A DNA stretch of 63,871 nucleotides, filler included, from Corallochytrium limacisporum Hawaii (taxonomy: Eukaryota > Protista > Pluriformea): the NCBI GenBank assembly GCA_002811645.1. It is 5 parts of 5 records of this genome, joined end to end, with 100 filler letters (N's around TTAATTAATTAA, not from the genome) between each part and the next. Parts side by side here need not be neighbours in the genome. Positions count along the whole stretch, not along the records: positions 22,237 to 46,957 come from PDIP01000141.1; 4 more parts are not named here. One strand, 5' to 3'. The notes below the pieces were generated by a model. It had not been told where the DNA came from and ran no database searches. It worked only from the letters and a program-made list of their open reading frames with translations. A program made the position numbers and the translations under genes. Positions 35,401-43,515 of the stretch are shown here, piece by piece; within the stretch, counting starts at the first letter, position 1; each line of letters starts with the position of its first letter.

Positions 35401-35897
35401 CTGACCGATGACCGCCCAACGGCATGGATAAGATCCAAAGTTTTGCCGCAGAGTTCCGTGTGCCGATTTAGGGCCTCCCACTTCGTGAGAGCCCGCTCTG
35501 GGGGACCAAAGAACTCTGCTCCCGGCTCCCTTGGTACAAAGAGCAGAGACAGGTGCTCAAACATAAGTCTGTAGTACATCTCTGGATCCTCGGCCACTGA
35601 GTCCGGAATTGCGTCGTTCGGAAACCACGCACCCTGGAGCCAGTCCTGGTAGACCGAAAGGCAAGCCTCAATCACATTTGCGTTCTCCATAGGGAGTGTG
35701 AAGCCATGGGCGAGGATTTCCATGGCCCACTGAACATGGGCACTAGCCCTCAGAAACTTCCGGTTCTGTTGGCTAACCAGATGCATGGCCACAGCAGAGA
35801 CTACGACATAGCGTACATCCCCGGGGAAGGACTGGAGGACATTGGAGTCCATAGGCTCCTGCAGGAGCCCCAGGTGGTTTACCCAGTCCAAGTACAT
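29475..35897 (-). CDS. RALGAPB: Ral GTPase-activating protein subunit beta
   Basis: N-terminus MY.DW....S.VL.SFP; W.MEI...GFTLP; L.VLFDLWL..C..CYPSP.LW; GNALLHVFG..LFEA; S.RVKDAAE; IIR...GKH.W; and a C-terminal Rap-GAP-like region ending VGPLVHGMV....L..LVR.T.IN. Confidence 0.9.
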   Translation of the reverse strand: MYLDWVNHLGLLQEPMDSNVLQSFPGDVRYVVVSAVAMHLVSQQNRKFLRASAHVQWAMEILAHGFTLPMENANVIEACLSVYQDWLQGAWFPNDAIPDSVAEDPEMYYRLMFEHLSLLFVPREPGAEFFGPPERALTKWEALNRHTELCGKTLDLIHAVGRSSVSAFTPGTWATLLKLLMGIADSLLHRPLAKPRPEDDLAGRLCPHLLRVLFDLWLHSCVHCYPSPELWSQLRKLCERWRHRKELVLEWNSVCLALTQRVLRILYGPENGSEAVIAMTSQDALGGMGPEGNAGKGIPGGRSQTSDTGSPLENPTSQQSARSGSPSRILGGPMSEDSSAQPGQNNGNNGVPAAPSSTGAPQNISTPTSPSPSMRAGTASTRKPLLKPLREPITPMFADAGFFMPDRAATHAWYQMLHTIGNPNHFNDPVIHLAAIEGVSELVEVFLRIKPLVCVKDEILPNGEITTVPAEVHEGDGTVNPIAQGSEMAIAVASMASYLAKPAAQSQSTGASGSDDGNKDQADDGVGATGGTAGDTASSAGQQPQNSSTAAGRTAEQYYIEIWQASGNALLHVFGSDLFEASSMGKLYEQGRSLALATLCRIFASQRATDRLHLPYLARFYHSVHRGLEKDGLAASTILLESTELFHRRLQGSKLLIPNILRACKSIMMQTTPTFTSTEVYNMALTYHHISTLQLFQNCRNLTRLKRASLKIILSLHGMFVLQDGSLTIPQLNYVEKIARSEQNSAVSAGLVNSRAGLYYGGGAGRVDTMASGSTKGDARGPPTIPDTNDDQSTQLSDAGTGAGNVPVSPMIEIQHRVIEDMLVQPATAPVNLRDSEMSGPPLFGPESGGDGSMLGGPIPPTSDPPSLAAIGTEEVASTSDLGPSASANVSRSQSATKPTRNRSEPVSPVPDDNGSGISGGLRGLGGNIRGRNTPNLQRRAYMGTMQGAGEMVTINCEDLLELILTAMQTITGSHTTDDDHDVENWQLLIYAFEAISLMRLERHIEQTANGIKLITRRLREKGWPLSVTLVALETLEAFSKQHEILQEQAPSCARMIVRDLCFYIDKQISQPLQRHTKSLHSMIAAAYHTILGWIITDDQWILRDQRCMLMLMEIIEYGMTGSKSQKSRPGLVLSNDSLNDLDRQVKKTIRKVSDNRSTNSGAVSVPVSQEERAAKAAGGAQSPQSPVTEGGAEGPGSPTSAGAVPSDSVGHGSSRMPQSAKEAREVIAKRAASDEQGNNGGSVATKGSTGSAVSGLQLNSALGALTSFGQQVAEGVAGDLRSLARDGKISPRGPSRLRSTEGEISEGNSRNASGGTGTGPDRSPLLRQNVAIGIGAFRQPSAQYRVRESQVLTSYTDSPSVPKEKKLAHPPSRRVKDAAECLFLKLFSQLGHFPSAVGPSITGSLIDEAGLLAVPGLMGGSTGPSGTKSSVIMGNGSGSGSVGSGSVVVGGYRNSLRQSASMRSSGTMRRSQLKAAVDSQDEEEEIKLAARIRYFVVDSSVILAVVERPDFRDVVEEQALGEDGKPDPDLPPAKIIVRHHPAATVIIRDACGKHGWTGQLRYLPERLRIDHCDLPAVRPDPMSSDCFDHFMGAHLPELDDGADELDAVCWSEACIPPLQRTATDRRAGLQEGFFGLMNRQAEMEGELHTHMARSAVQHQAPGLLVPPPAPFLMKDSKRYAHAVMSQTGQIILQTHTNEGDQPQDGIGDDTAFGVVEEHDPSTKGADTVPDVGEQDSAIAAATDPDTSLGPLKLGGMKSTASAKSASVVSSPAPTLDVDEEEEDVDGTRRSNSLVVGRILLSHLGLLHESMIGPSKEKGSNGIPRVSELKCDRSLLRSLRDLDEMPDRECLTSSILYVSSGTQSVQDALQCEVPSREFAEFVQALGWTMNLESHVGYRGHLPRYLRCLFPYYADFEREMVFHAYPLIASTLKFEDDEDGDADLRYSIDESVLLDEGPAAISPSTSMTGVTAASATQTTAVPTIVGRQTAVDESSSRQLQRRLKVFERILRLDKAAVIWLDDSEDRNQIVNSMKSSQRTLVIVIHALGEGLYRIELSNTGPYVVNDSRMIVGPLVHGMVLDKASLAPLVRLTLINNANRERLLLDNNPGNAIVQRKKKIEELEKRYKKPHAMADFFEDFFR

Positions 35898-37832
35898 GTC
35901 TGATCCGTAGGTGTAGATATCTATAGTTGCTGTTACCGCATATTTGCAAGCATCAGTCGCTATCTCTCTATTGTCAAATCCGCAGAATAAATATTTACAT
36001 CGTTGTTGCTTGCCAGTGTTTCACTTGCTGGCTCTCCCATTGTTGTGCACTCATGCACGGACGGAAACGCAGACAATTCATACAAATCATAAAAATACAA
36101 GGCGGAAAAGTTCACAATTGATCTCATCTATTTCTTATACCAAATGCCCCTGTTCCAGCCGTTTCAATTGCTTGTCGCGATAAGGCATTTTCCAGTTGAC
36201 TTTACGCGGCCCACGGGCGGACACGGGCCCCAGGGCTCCGCACCGAGCCGCTCGGTTTCTGCGCGGGGCCTCCCCCCTCTCCTTCAAACCGCGGGCTCGC
36301 CGGGGTCTCGCTCTTATTTTTTCCCGTGTCCGCTCTCACTCAGGCGCGCTTCCCTCGTAATCCTCCCCCAATCCCCAGCACCTTTTCGTCCTTGCGCGCC
36401 CATTTCGGACAGGCTTCCCCCCTCCCAAGGGCCCTCTCTCGCTCTCCGCTCACTGCTGCGCCGGTAGGTCGGTGCGTCCAGACGCGGCCTGCGCGGTGTC
36501 TCTGTGGGGCCGCTCGGGAACTTATCCTCCCAAGAACTCGGCTAACCCCCCTCCCCCGGGGGGGGGCCGTTCCCCCTTCCCCCGGTGCCGATCGGCCAAA
36601 AAAACCAGAGCACCTCTTGGGGGTTGGGTTTTTTGTACGTAGAGACTTTTGTTTCCCCGATTTTCCTCGAATGAATTTTCGTTTCGGAAAAACAATAAAA
36701 AACTGAGGAAAAAGGGCTGTCCCGAAAATTTTAAAGTACACGAGTATAACAAATATTAAAATAATACATGAAAATATTGAGGCATTGTCAATATATAAAA
36801 AGGTCCGTATATAATATAAACACAAAGCGTTTATTGCTCGGTTTGACTGAACATTGAACCGACCGAACGCTCCCCCAGTGCCAAAGGGGTCGGTGGCAAG
36901 AACGCTAGTGGAAAAATGGGGTCATTCAGTACCGAACCGTGAACAGACGAAGCGGGGAGAGCAACACGAAGTCCTAGTTCTTCAACCTCCTTCCCGGCCG
37001 CTCCTGAAAAACCTATGGCCAAAGGAGGAGGGGGGGGGGGTGTTATTGTTATTTTTTTGTTGGTCAACCGCAACCACCAACCCCCAGCCACCCCAACTAT
37101 ACCTCCTCCTCACCGAGCTTACCGTTAGCCTTTGGGCAAAAGCACGAGTGTTGTATTCCCTGCTGGCCTGGTTCCTCGTGAGTGCTGAAGAGAAAATTGT
37201 GAAAGGCGCGGAAGCTCAGCAAAGGCCTTTCGAGGCCCCCACCGCCAACCCAAAAATTTTAAAAAATGAAGGCAAAAAAGTAAGGCGACCGCGTCACGGC
37301 GCAGGAGCGGGGGAGGGGAGACTACGCAGACAAAGAAAGTAAAAATAAGTTAGAAAAAAGGAGACTGCCATTTTTTCTATTTCTCAGGAACCAAAGAAAA
37401 AAGAGTGGGCATAGAATCCACCGAACTCTCGCTATGCCCGGTGTCCTTCTCGCTCAAGTTTCTTTCCCTCTCTGTTCCGCCCAGCTGTCTGTTTTCGTCT
37501 CCTTGCTCCGTGTTTTCTGTTGAAAACATCCACCGATACGAAGTCAAACCGGAACCAAAGAACAAACACACACAGACACGGGAACTGAAAATCCTAAGGA
37601 AAAGGAAAGGCCACGCTTCCCTCCGGGAGGAAGCCGCGGGGGGGGGGGGGGGGGGGTGTGGACGGATAGGGGGGCCCCGACCCCCGAGGCAGCAGCGGGA
37701 CTTGCTCCGGCTTTTTTTCGGAATGCAGCGCAGGGAATGCTGCCGGTCCCTCGGTGCACCGCCCGGTACTCGCTGGCTCTCTCGCTCTGGCTGGCTGGCT
37801 GGCAGGCCCGCTCAAGCTCGCTCGCTCAGTCG

Positions 37833-37870
37833 CACACACACACACACACTCTCTCTCTCTCTCTCTCTCT
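37833..37870. repeat. Compound microsatellite (CA)n(CT)n
   Basis: Directly visible. Confidence 0.9.
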
Positions 37871-38734
37871 TGCTCTCTTGTCTTTGCCCTTTGCCTCCCT
37901 CACTGGCGGCCCCTTCCCTCAGTTCTGTCGCTTTCTCTCTTTCCTTCCAGCTCCCAGTCCCTGTCGTTATCCCTTCGGCTCCATACTTCTACTCTGTGTG
38001 AGTGTGTGTGTCCTTCCCTTTCCATGGACGTCTTTGAGGGGGTGGGCTGCCCGGTGCTACTGCAAATGGTCAAACTGGGGGCTTTCCTCGCCACCTGATT
38101 GGCACACTTCACCACCACCCCGCCTCCGGGAGAGGCCTTCGGGCAATTGAATGAGGCCCAAAAAAACACGGGCATACGAACGCCCTGTACTGCTCACCTT
38201 TTCGGGATGGTTTGTGATGATATGCAGAGTTCGCTGGCGCCGTTTGGGCCGCTAATACCAACCAACAAAAAATGAATGGTCACCTGCCTGTCTCACAGTC
38301 CTCCGAAGCTGCAACAGTTTCAAGAATGACAGTGTTTGGTTTCAGCGTTGATGGTTTGACGTCTTTTTGTGGTCCGCATAAACTCATTCATCTATGCGAA
38401 ATGCTTCGAGTGCGTTGGATTTGTGGCTGCAGTTCAGCAAAACTCGCTCCCAGCTCGTCTTGGACCGTTGCTACCTTCTGATTAATGGGCATGCAGGTAG
38501 TTGAGAAGTGGAAGACGCAGTGCTAACATGATCTAGTCCTGAGCAGTCTTATGCGAAACTCAAGGGCCATCGTCGGGTTACCACTTTCACTGAAGTAGGA
38601 TCACACGGGTATGGTGTGATCAAAAGTGAAAAGGTGTCTGTATGGCCAATTCCTTGAGGATGAAAAAGGGAAAAGATAATTGATGGTATATGTGTTAAGA
38701 GGATCAGGAAACATGGCAAATTGCACCATAAAAC

Positions 38735-41700
38735 ATGGCGGGCTCTGTACCGGCTAAGGCAACAGAATCCAAGGGAAAGCTAGTAGAAGAGCAAACAACA
38801 CATACCATTGGGATTGACTCACCTCCGAGCGACAAGGACACGGTCTGGCTACGCATTTCGTACATTGACGAAGAAGGAACCAAAGCATTTTCGTCACGCA
38901 AACGAAAACATCGAAAGGAAGACTTTCTAGATCGGATCAGAGCCCACGGCGAAGGTACCAAGGAGCACCGAAGTAGGAAGAAGGCGAAAATGACTAATCC
39001 TCTGTCCAGGAGGTCGAGCAGCCGGCGATCGTCCGCTGCCTCAACCGCGAGCAGCCGGTCCATGCCTAATTCTGCTCTGGCCGGCCCGGGTAGTGCAACG
39101 ATTGCAGAAGAATCGGGTGAGTTGCCCCCGCTGGCGCCGAATGTGAGGTCACCACTGACGGGAGGCGGCGGCATGACCGGACTATCGTCCTTCTCTCAAT
39201 CCGCCGGTGGTGGTGGTGGTGGTGGTGGCCACAACACCCTGCACCGTACCAATTCGACCTTCGGGCCGGAAGAGAACGACTTCAGCGAGGAAAAATTGGC
39301 CGAACGGCTGCTGGAGCATGCTCTGTTTGCCGACTTTGACCGTGACGTTATTCGTGCAGTGGTAGATGGCATGCACCTGCGTAGCTATCAGGCCAATGAC
39401 GCCATCATTCACCAAGGCGAGGAAGGCAAAGCTATGTTCTACCTCGAACGAGGAACGGCCAAGTACTGCACGGATGGAGGAGAGACTGAATTGGGAAAAA
39501 TTACGGAGGGGCGATTCTTTGGGGAGTTGGGCATTCTCTTTGGCAAACCTCGGCGAGCTAGTGTGTATGCCGTCACGCGATGCCTTGTATTTGTGCTGTC
39601 CGTGGATAACGTGCGCAAGGTCATGGCCCAGCATGCAGATTTTGCCGCGGCACTGCAGCGGGAAGCTGAGGAGCGCCAGTTCCTGATCACCCGCGCAGAA
39701 AAGCCTGAAGGATCCCTTGCCATGGTAGACCAGTACGGCTACCCAGTCCAACGCAGTGCAGAAATTGAAGGGTTCCAAGCCGGTCCGTTGCGGCAACAAC
39801 TGGCCTTGGTACCCATCTTTCAGAACTGTTCGGCGGATTTGCTACACAAACTGTGTGTGGAATGCATGGAGGTGCTCCGGGTTAGTGAAGGCAGGAATAT
39901 TGTGGAGGCCGGAACAGAGGCAAAAAGTCTGTACATTCTCATTGAAGGCGTTGCAGAGGTGATCAAACGCTACAATGTCGTCAAAGGTGAGCTGTTACAG
40001 GGCGATGAGACCGAGGAGGAACAAGCGGAGATTCTGTCACGAATCATCCCCGGGTCGGAGCGCCGATCCATTGACCACAACCCACCATACAATGACAGTA
40101 GCGCTGCCAGTAGCAACAGCACCACGGGACCAGGCCGCGTATGGGTTACCGTGGAGCAGCCCGTGGCCATTCTGCAGGCGGGCGAATATTTCGGGGAGTA
40201 CACAATCCTCGAGCAGAGCGACGTACACGTGTCAACGGTTCGTGCGGTGGAGTACTGTCTGCTCTTCAAGTTGCCACGCGACAAGTTTAGGGCATGCATG
40301 CGGAAGTATTGCCACGACGATTCGGACACGGAACAAGCCATCTATTCTGCCATGCGGCAGGTAAGTAAGGAGCGGCACGATCTGTGGATGGTTGGTGCCG
40401 AAGGAGAAAAATACCCTGTGACATCAACGGCTGCCGAGGCGGTCACCGCATCTCCGGCACTGTCTAGCGCCGCGTCTATGTCGCAGGTCGCTCCGATTGT
40501 GTTGGGCAACTCCAGTCTGAGCTTGGGGGCGGCTGACTCACAGACTCACATCTCCACATCCTCGCCCGATGTAGTCGGGTCAGCGGGCGGTGAAGGTGGC
40601 AGCAACGGCAGTCCCCGCGGAGTGGCGAGTGCTATTGGATCGGGTGGCTCGGGCAGTCCGCACCGTGGCAGTCCACGTGGCGCATCATGCAGTCCGCGTC
40701 GAGCCTCAGGCAGTCCCCGCCGATTGGCACGCGATCGCAGCCTTGGATCTTCGACTTCACAGTCGTTTACGGACATTGATCGACGTGATCGTATGGCCAT
40801 GCGGCACAGCCGCAGCCGCAGTCGAAGCGTCAGTCGAAGTGCGACTCGCGCGGCCATCGGGCGTAGCCCACCGATAACGCGCTTCGACTCGGATAGCAGC
40901 AGCGGCAGTCGGGCGGCGCTAGTCCAATTAGAGGGCTCTGAGCCGAATCTGGCGACGGGCGGCAAAGGTGCCAAGTCCGAGACGGGTCCAGGTGCAGGCA
41001 CCGCCGTGTCCCCAGTAGAACTGAGGAATTCGCTGATGGAAGTAGTTAACGAGGGCAAGACACTGCCTACCGCAGTAGCCGCAGCGAGACAAGACAGCAC
41101 GGGTAGCGGCTTAGGCAGTGGCGCTGCTGTGGGTATCACTAACCCACAATTCTCCATCGACGAGGCTGCGAATCTGCAAGGCAATGAGGGCCAGCTTGAG
41201 GGAATACCGGGGCACATGCATGGCGCTGCTTTTGGAGCACAGGGTGACGGTTTGCTGAGCCCTGATTCACTCAGCAGCGCATCGTTTTCGCCGAAAGGCA
41301 TGCGCAGTCTGACTTTACAACCGGGGATCGATTACATCGACGTCGGTGAGGCATCACCGACCCTAGATCTGAGCACGCAGGATATTCGCACTAGCAGTCC
41401 AACGGCACTGGAGAATGAAGAGTTGACGCGAGCACCAAGGCCGTCGCTGGCGCTGAAATCCACGGCACTAAAGGCTGCACAATTCACAGACGACGCTGCT
41501 GCGGTACCGACCCCGCGCGTGACTCCGTCGGTTGAGAAGGATAGTATGGATGTCGAGCCGTCTGCGCCACAGCAACAGGCAACCCAGGGCCAGGCACAGC
41601 CACGCGAACCGCAGCAGCCGGGCCAGTCAAGCGGGCCCAACCGCGACCGTGTGCGCGAGCTCAAAGGCATGGCGCGGCGAAAACGCAGGGCGTCAGTGGC

Positions 41701-43312
41701 TGTGTGGAATCCGAAGATTTTGGAAGAGGAGGAGGACCTGAAACGCAAACAGGATCGTACCAAGGGTGTCAGCAGTGCAACCGGCTCGAATCGTGGTTCC
41801 CGTGTTAGTTCGCTGGATAAGCACGCTGCCACAGCGGTCCAAACTGTCGTGCAAAAGGAAATCACTGCCAAAGAGAAGCAATACGATCCCAAATTCGGAC
41901 TGTCGGACGATCTGTGGCTTCGCATCCTCGAGCATGTGCCGCTGGGCAGCGTTATGGAGGCCAGACGCGTGTGCAAGGGATGGAAGAAGATGATCATGAC
42001 CAATGCGGCACTGTTCGAACGCATTGACTTTAGTCCTTTCAACAAGAATGTCAATAATGACAATATGGACAATATTGTGCGACTCCTGCCGATGACTGGG
42101 TGCGAGTATCTCAATCTCAGCTCCTGTTGGCATGTCGGCGACTATGGCATTAGTCGTATTGCTAAGAAATGCACCAATCTGCGATCGCTGGTGCTGTTCT
42201 CGGTCTGGGACCTAACCAGTGCAGGACTGATGGTGATTACCAATGTCAACCCTCAATTGGACTATCTCGAGGTCTCCAACTGCCGTAAGCTCACTGACGA
42301 GGCCATTGTACATACTGTGAAGACTTGTAAAGAACTCCGACATCTTGAACTGAGCTACTGCAAGAGCCTTGGTGACGCCAGCCTGCAGGCTATCGTTGAA
42401 CATTGCCACAACCTGCGTGTGCTGAATCTGCAGCGCTGCGTCGGCATGAGTGCAGAGGGGTTCGCCATCTTCCGCAAGCACTCCCTGCCCCTCCTAGAAC
42501 GCGCCGAGTTCAGTGATCTGTTGGCCATCAACGATGAACTAATTCTGTTTATGGTACGCAATATGCCGAAGCTGAAGCGATTGAATCTGGCCTTCTGCTC
42601 TAATATAACAGACGAGGCACTGGTGTCGATTGCGGCATTTTGCCACGAACTCGAAGAGCTGGATCTGAGCTGCGTTGGTGCGAATATTACCGATGAAGGC
42701 ATTGCTGAGCTTACGGAGGGTAAGTGCCGTGACACACTGCGCTTCATTTCTCTGCGCAACTGTCCGCAAGTCACCAACGCCAGCGTCTTGGCCCTGGACG
42801 AGAGCTGCACGCGCCTGCGTACTATAAATGTTTCCAACTGCAAGCTTGTCACGCCGGCGGTCGCGCAGCAGTGTCAGTGTGTCGAGGTTGTCTTGATATC
42901 TCAGCAGGGGAACAAATCTCCTGTGCCCGGACAAAATCTTTCGTCCACACTGCAACGGCACCATTCGACACCCGCTGTCTCTGCGGCTGCGCTCGAGATA
43001 ATGAACAGCGCCATGGTAGGCCAAGCGTCCGAGAAAGGATCTCTACGCCGAAGCCATACTGGCACTACTCCGACGCCAAAGTCCACGACCGACCTTGGCA
43101 ACAGCAGTCGAGGTGCGATCGGTGCAGCAACACCGATAGTTACTCGCCTGACGCCCGCGAACGAAGAGGACGAAGCTGACGAGGAGCTCTTCATCGAGCG
43201 CTCTGAAGAGGACCCGTCCCGACTGGGCCGGACTCGTTCAGGTACCGTCGCGAGTGGTGCGCTGCAGGCGCTCTCCACATCAGCCTCCCGTGAAGGCCTG
43301 GACAAAATGTAA
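38735..43312 (+). CDS. Two cyclic-nucleotide-binding domains + F-box + leucine-rich-repeat (FBXL/AMN1-type) protein
   Basis: CNB1: IIHQGEEG.AMFYL..G...FFGELGIL...PRRASVYA. CNB2: IVEAG.EA.SLYIL.EG...YFGE. F-box: LSDDLWLRILEHV......RRVCKGW. About 10 Cys-containing LRRs of the form L..L.LS.C..LTD. Confidence 0.9.
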   Translation: MAGSVPAKATESKGKLVEEQTTHTIGIDSPPSDKDTVWLRISYIDEEGTKAFSSRKRKHRKEDFLDRIRAHGEGTKEHRSRKKAKMTNPLSRRSSSRRSSAASTASSRSMPNSALAGPGSATIAEESGELPPLAPNVRSPLTGGGGMTGLSSFSQSAGGGGGGGGHNTLHRTNSTFGPEENDFSEEKLAERLLEHALFADFDRDVIRAVVDGMHLRSYQANDAIIHQGEEGKAMFYLERGTAKYCTDGGETELGKITEGRFFGELGILFGKPRRASVYAVTRCLVFVLSVDNVRKVMAQHADFAAALQREAEERQFLITRAEKPEGSLAMVDQYGYPVQRSAEIEGFQAGPLRQQLALVPIFQNCSADLLHKLCVECMEVLRVSEGRNIVEAGTEAKSLYILIEGVAEVIKRYNVVKGELLQGDETEEEQAEILSRIIPGSERRSIDHNPPYNDSSAASSNSTTGPGRVWVTVEQPVAILQAGEYFGEYTILEQSDVHVSTVRAVEYCLLFKLPRDKFRACMRKYCHDDSDTEQAIYSAMRQVSKERHDLWMVGAEGEKYPVTSTAAEAVTASPALSSAASMSQVAPIVLGNSSLSLGAADSQTHISTSSPDVVGSAGGEGGSNGSPRGVASAIGSGGSGSPHRGSPRGASCSPRRASGSPRRLARDRSLGSSTSQSFTDIDRRDRMAMRHSRSRSRSVSRSATRAAIGRSPPITRFDSDSSSGSRAALVQLEGSEPNLATGGKGAKSETGPGAGTAVSPVELRNSLMEVVNEGKTLPTAVAAARQDSTGSGLGSGAAVGITNPQFSIDEAANLQGNEGQLEGIPGHMHGAAFGAQGDGLLSPDSLSSASFSPKGMRSLTLQPGIDYIDVGEASPTLDLSTQDIRTSSPTALENEELTRAPRPSLALKSTALKAAQFTDDAAAVPTPRVTPSVEKDSMDVEPSAPQQQATQGQAQPREPQQPGQSSGPNRDRVRELKGMARRKRRASVAVWNPKILEEEEDLKRKQDRTKGVSSATGSNRGSRVSSLDKHAATAVQTVVQKEITAKEKQYDPKFGLSDDLWLRILEHVPLGSVMEARRVCKGWKKMIMTNAALFERIDFSPFNKNVNNDNMDNIVRLLPMTGCEYLNLSSCWHVGDYGISRIAKKCTNLRSLVLFSVWDLTSAGLMVITNVNPQLDYLEVSNCRKLTDEAIVHTVKTCKELRHLELSYCKSLGDASLQAIVEHCHNLRVLNLQRCVGMSAEGFAIFRKHSLPLLERAEFSDLLAINDELILFMVRNMPKLKRLNLAFCSNITDEALVSIAAFCHELEELDLSCVGANITDEGIAELTEGKCRDTLRFISLRNCPQVTNASVLALDESCTRLRTINVSNCKLVTPAVAQQCQCVEVVLISQQGNKSPVPGQNLSSTLQRHHSTPAVSAAALEIMNSAMVGQASEKGSLRRSHTGTTPTPKSTTDLGNSSRGAIGAATPIVTRLTPANEEDEADEELFIERSEEDPSRLGRTRSGTVASGALQALSTSASREGLDKM

Positions 43313-43515
43313 TTTTTTGTAGAAAAGAAAGTTAAATGCCATTAGAAACACGATGTAAAGTTAGCATCACTGGATAGCTTAGGGTTTATTCGCTACCTTT
43401 CGTGTTTTCTTCACTAGGCACAAGTTTGCTGTGTAACTAGTCTCTTTGTCCGCCGTTGTCTCGGATCGTGACTCCTGCGACTGCTTGAATGGTAAAGCTG
43501 AGCATCTCTGAGGTT

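Noticed and set aside
36144-38175. Pro/Arg/Ser/Leu-rich ORFs between RALGAPB and the F-box gene
   Set aside because: They are translations of homopolymer and microsatellite promoter DNA.
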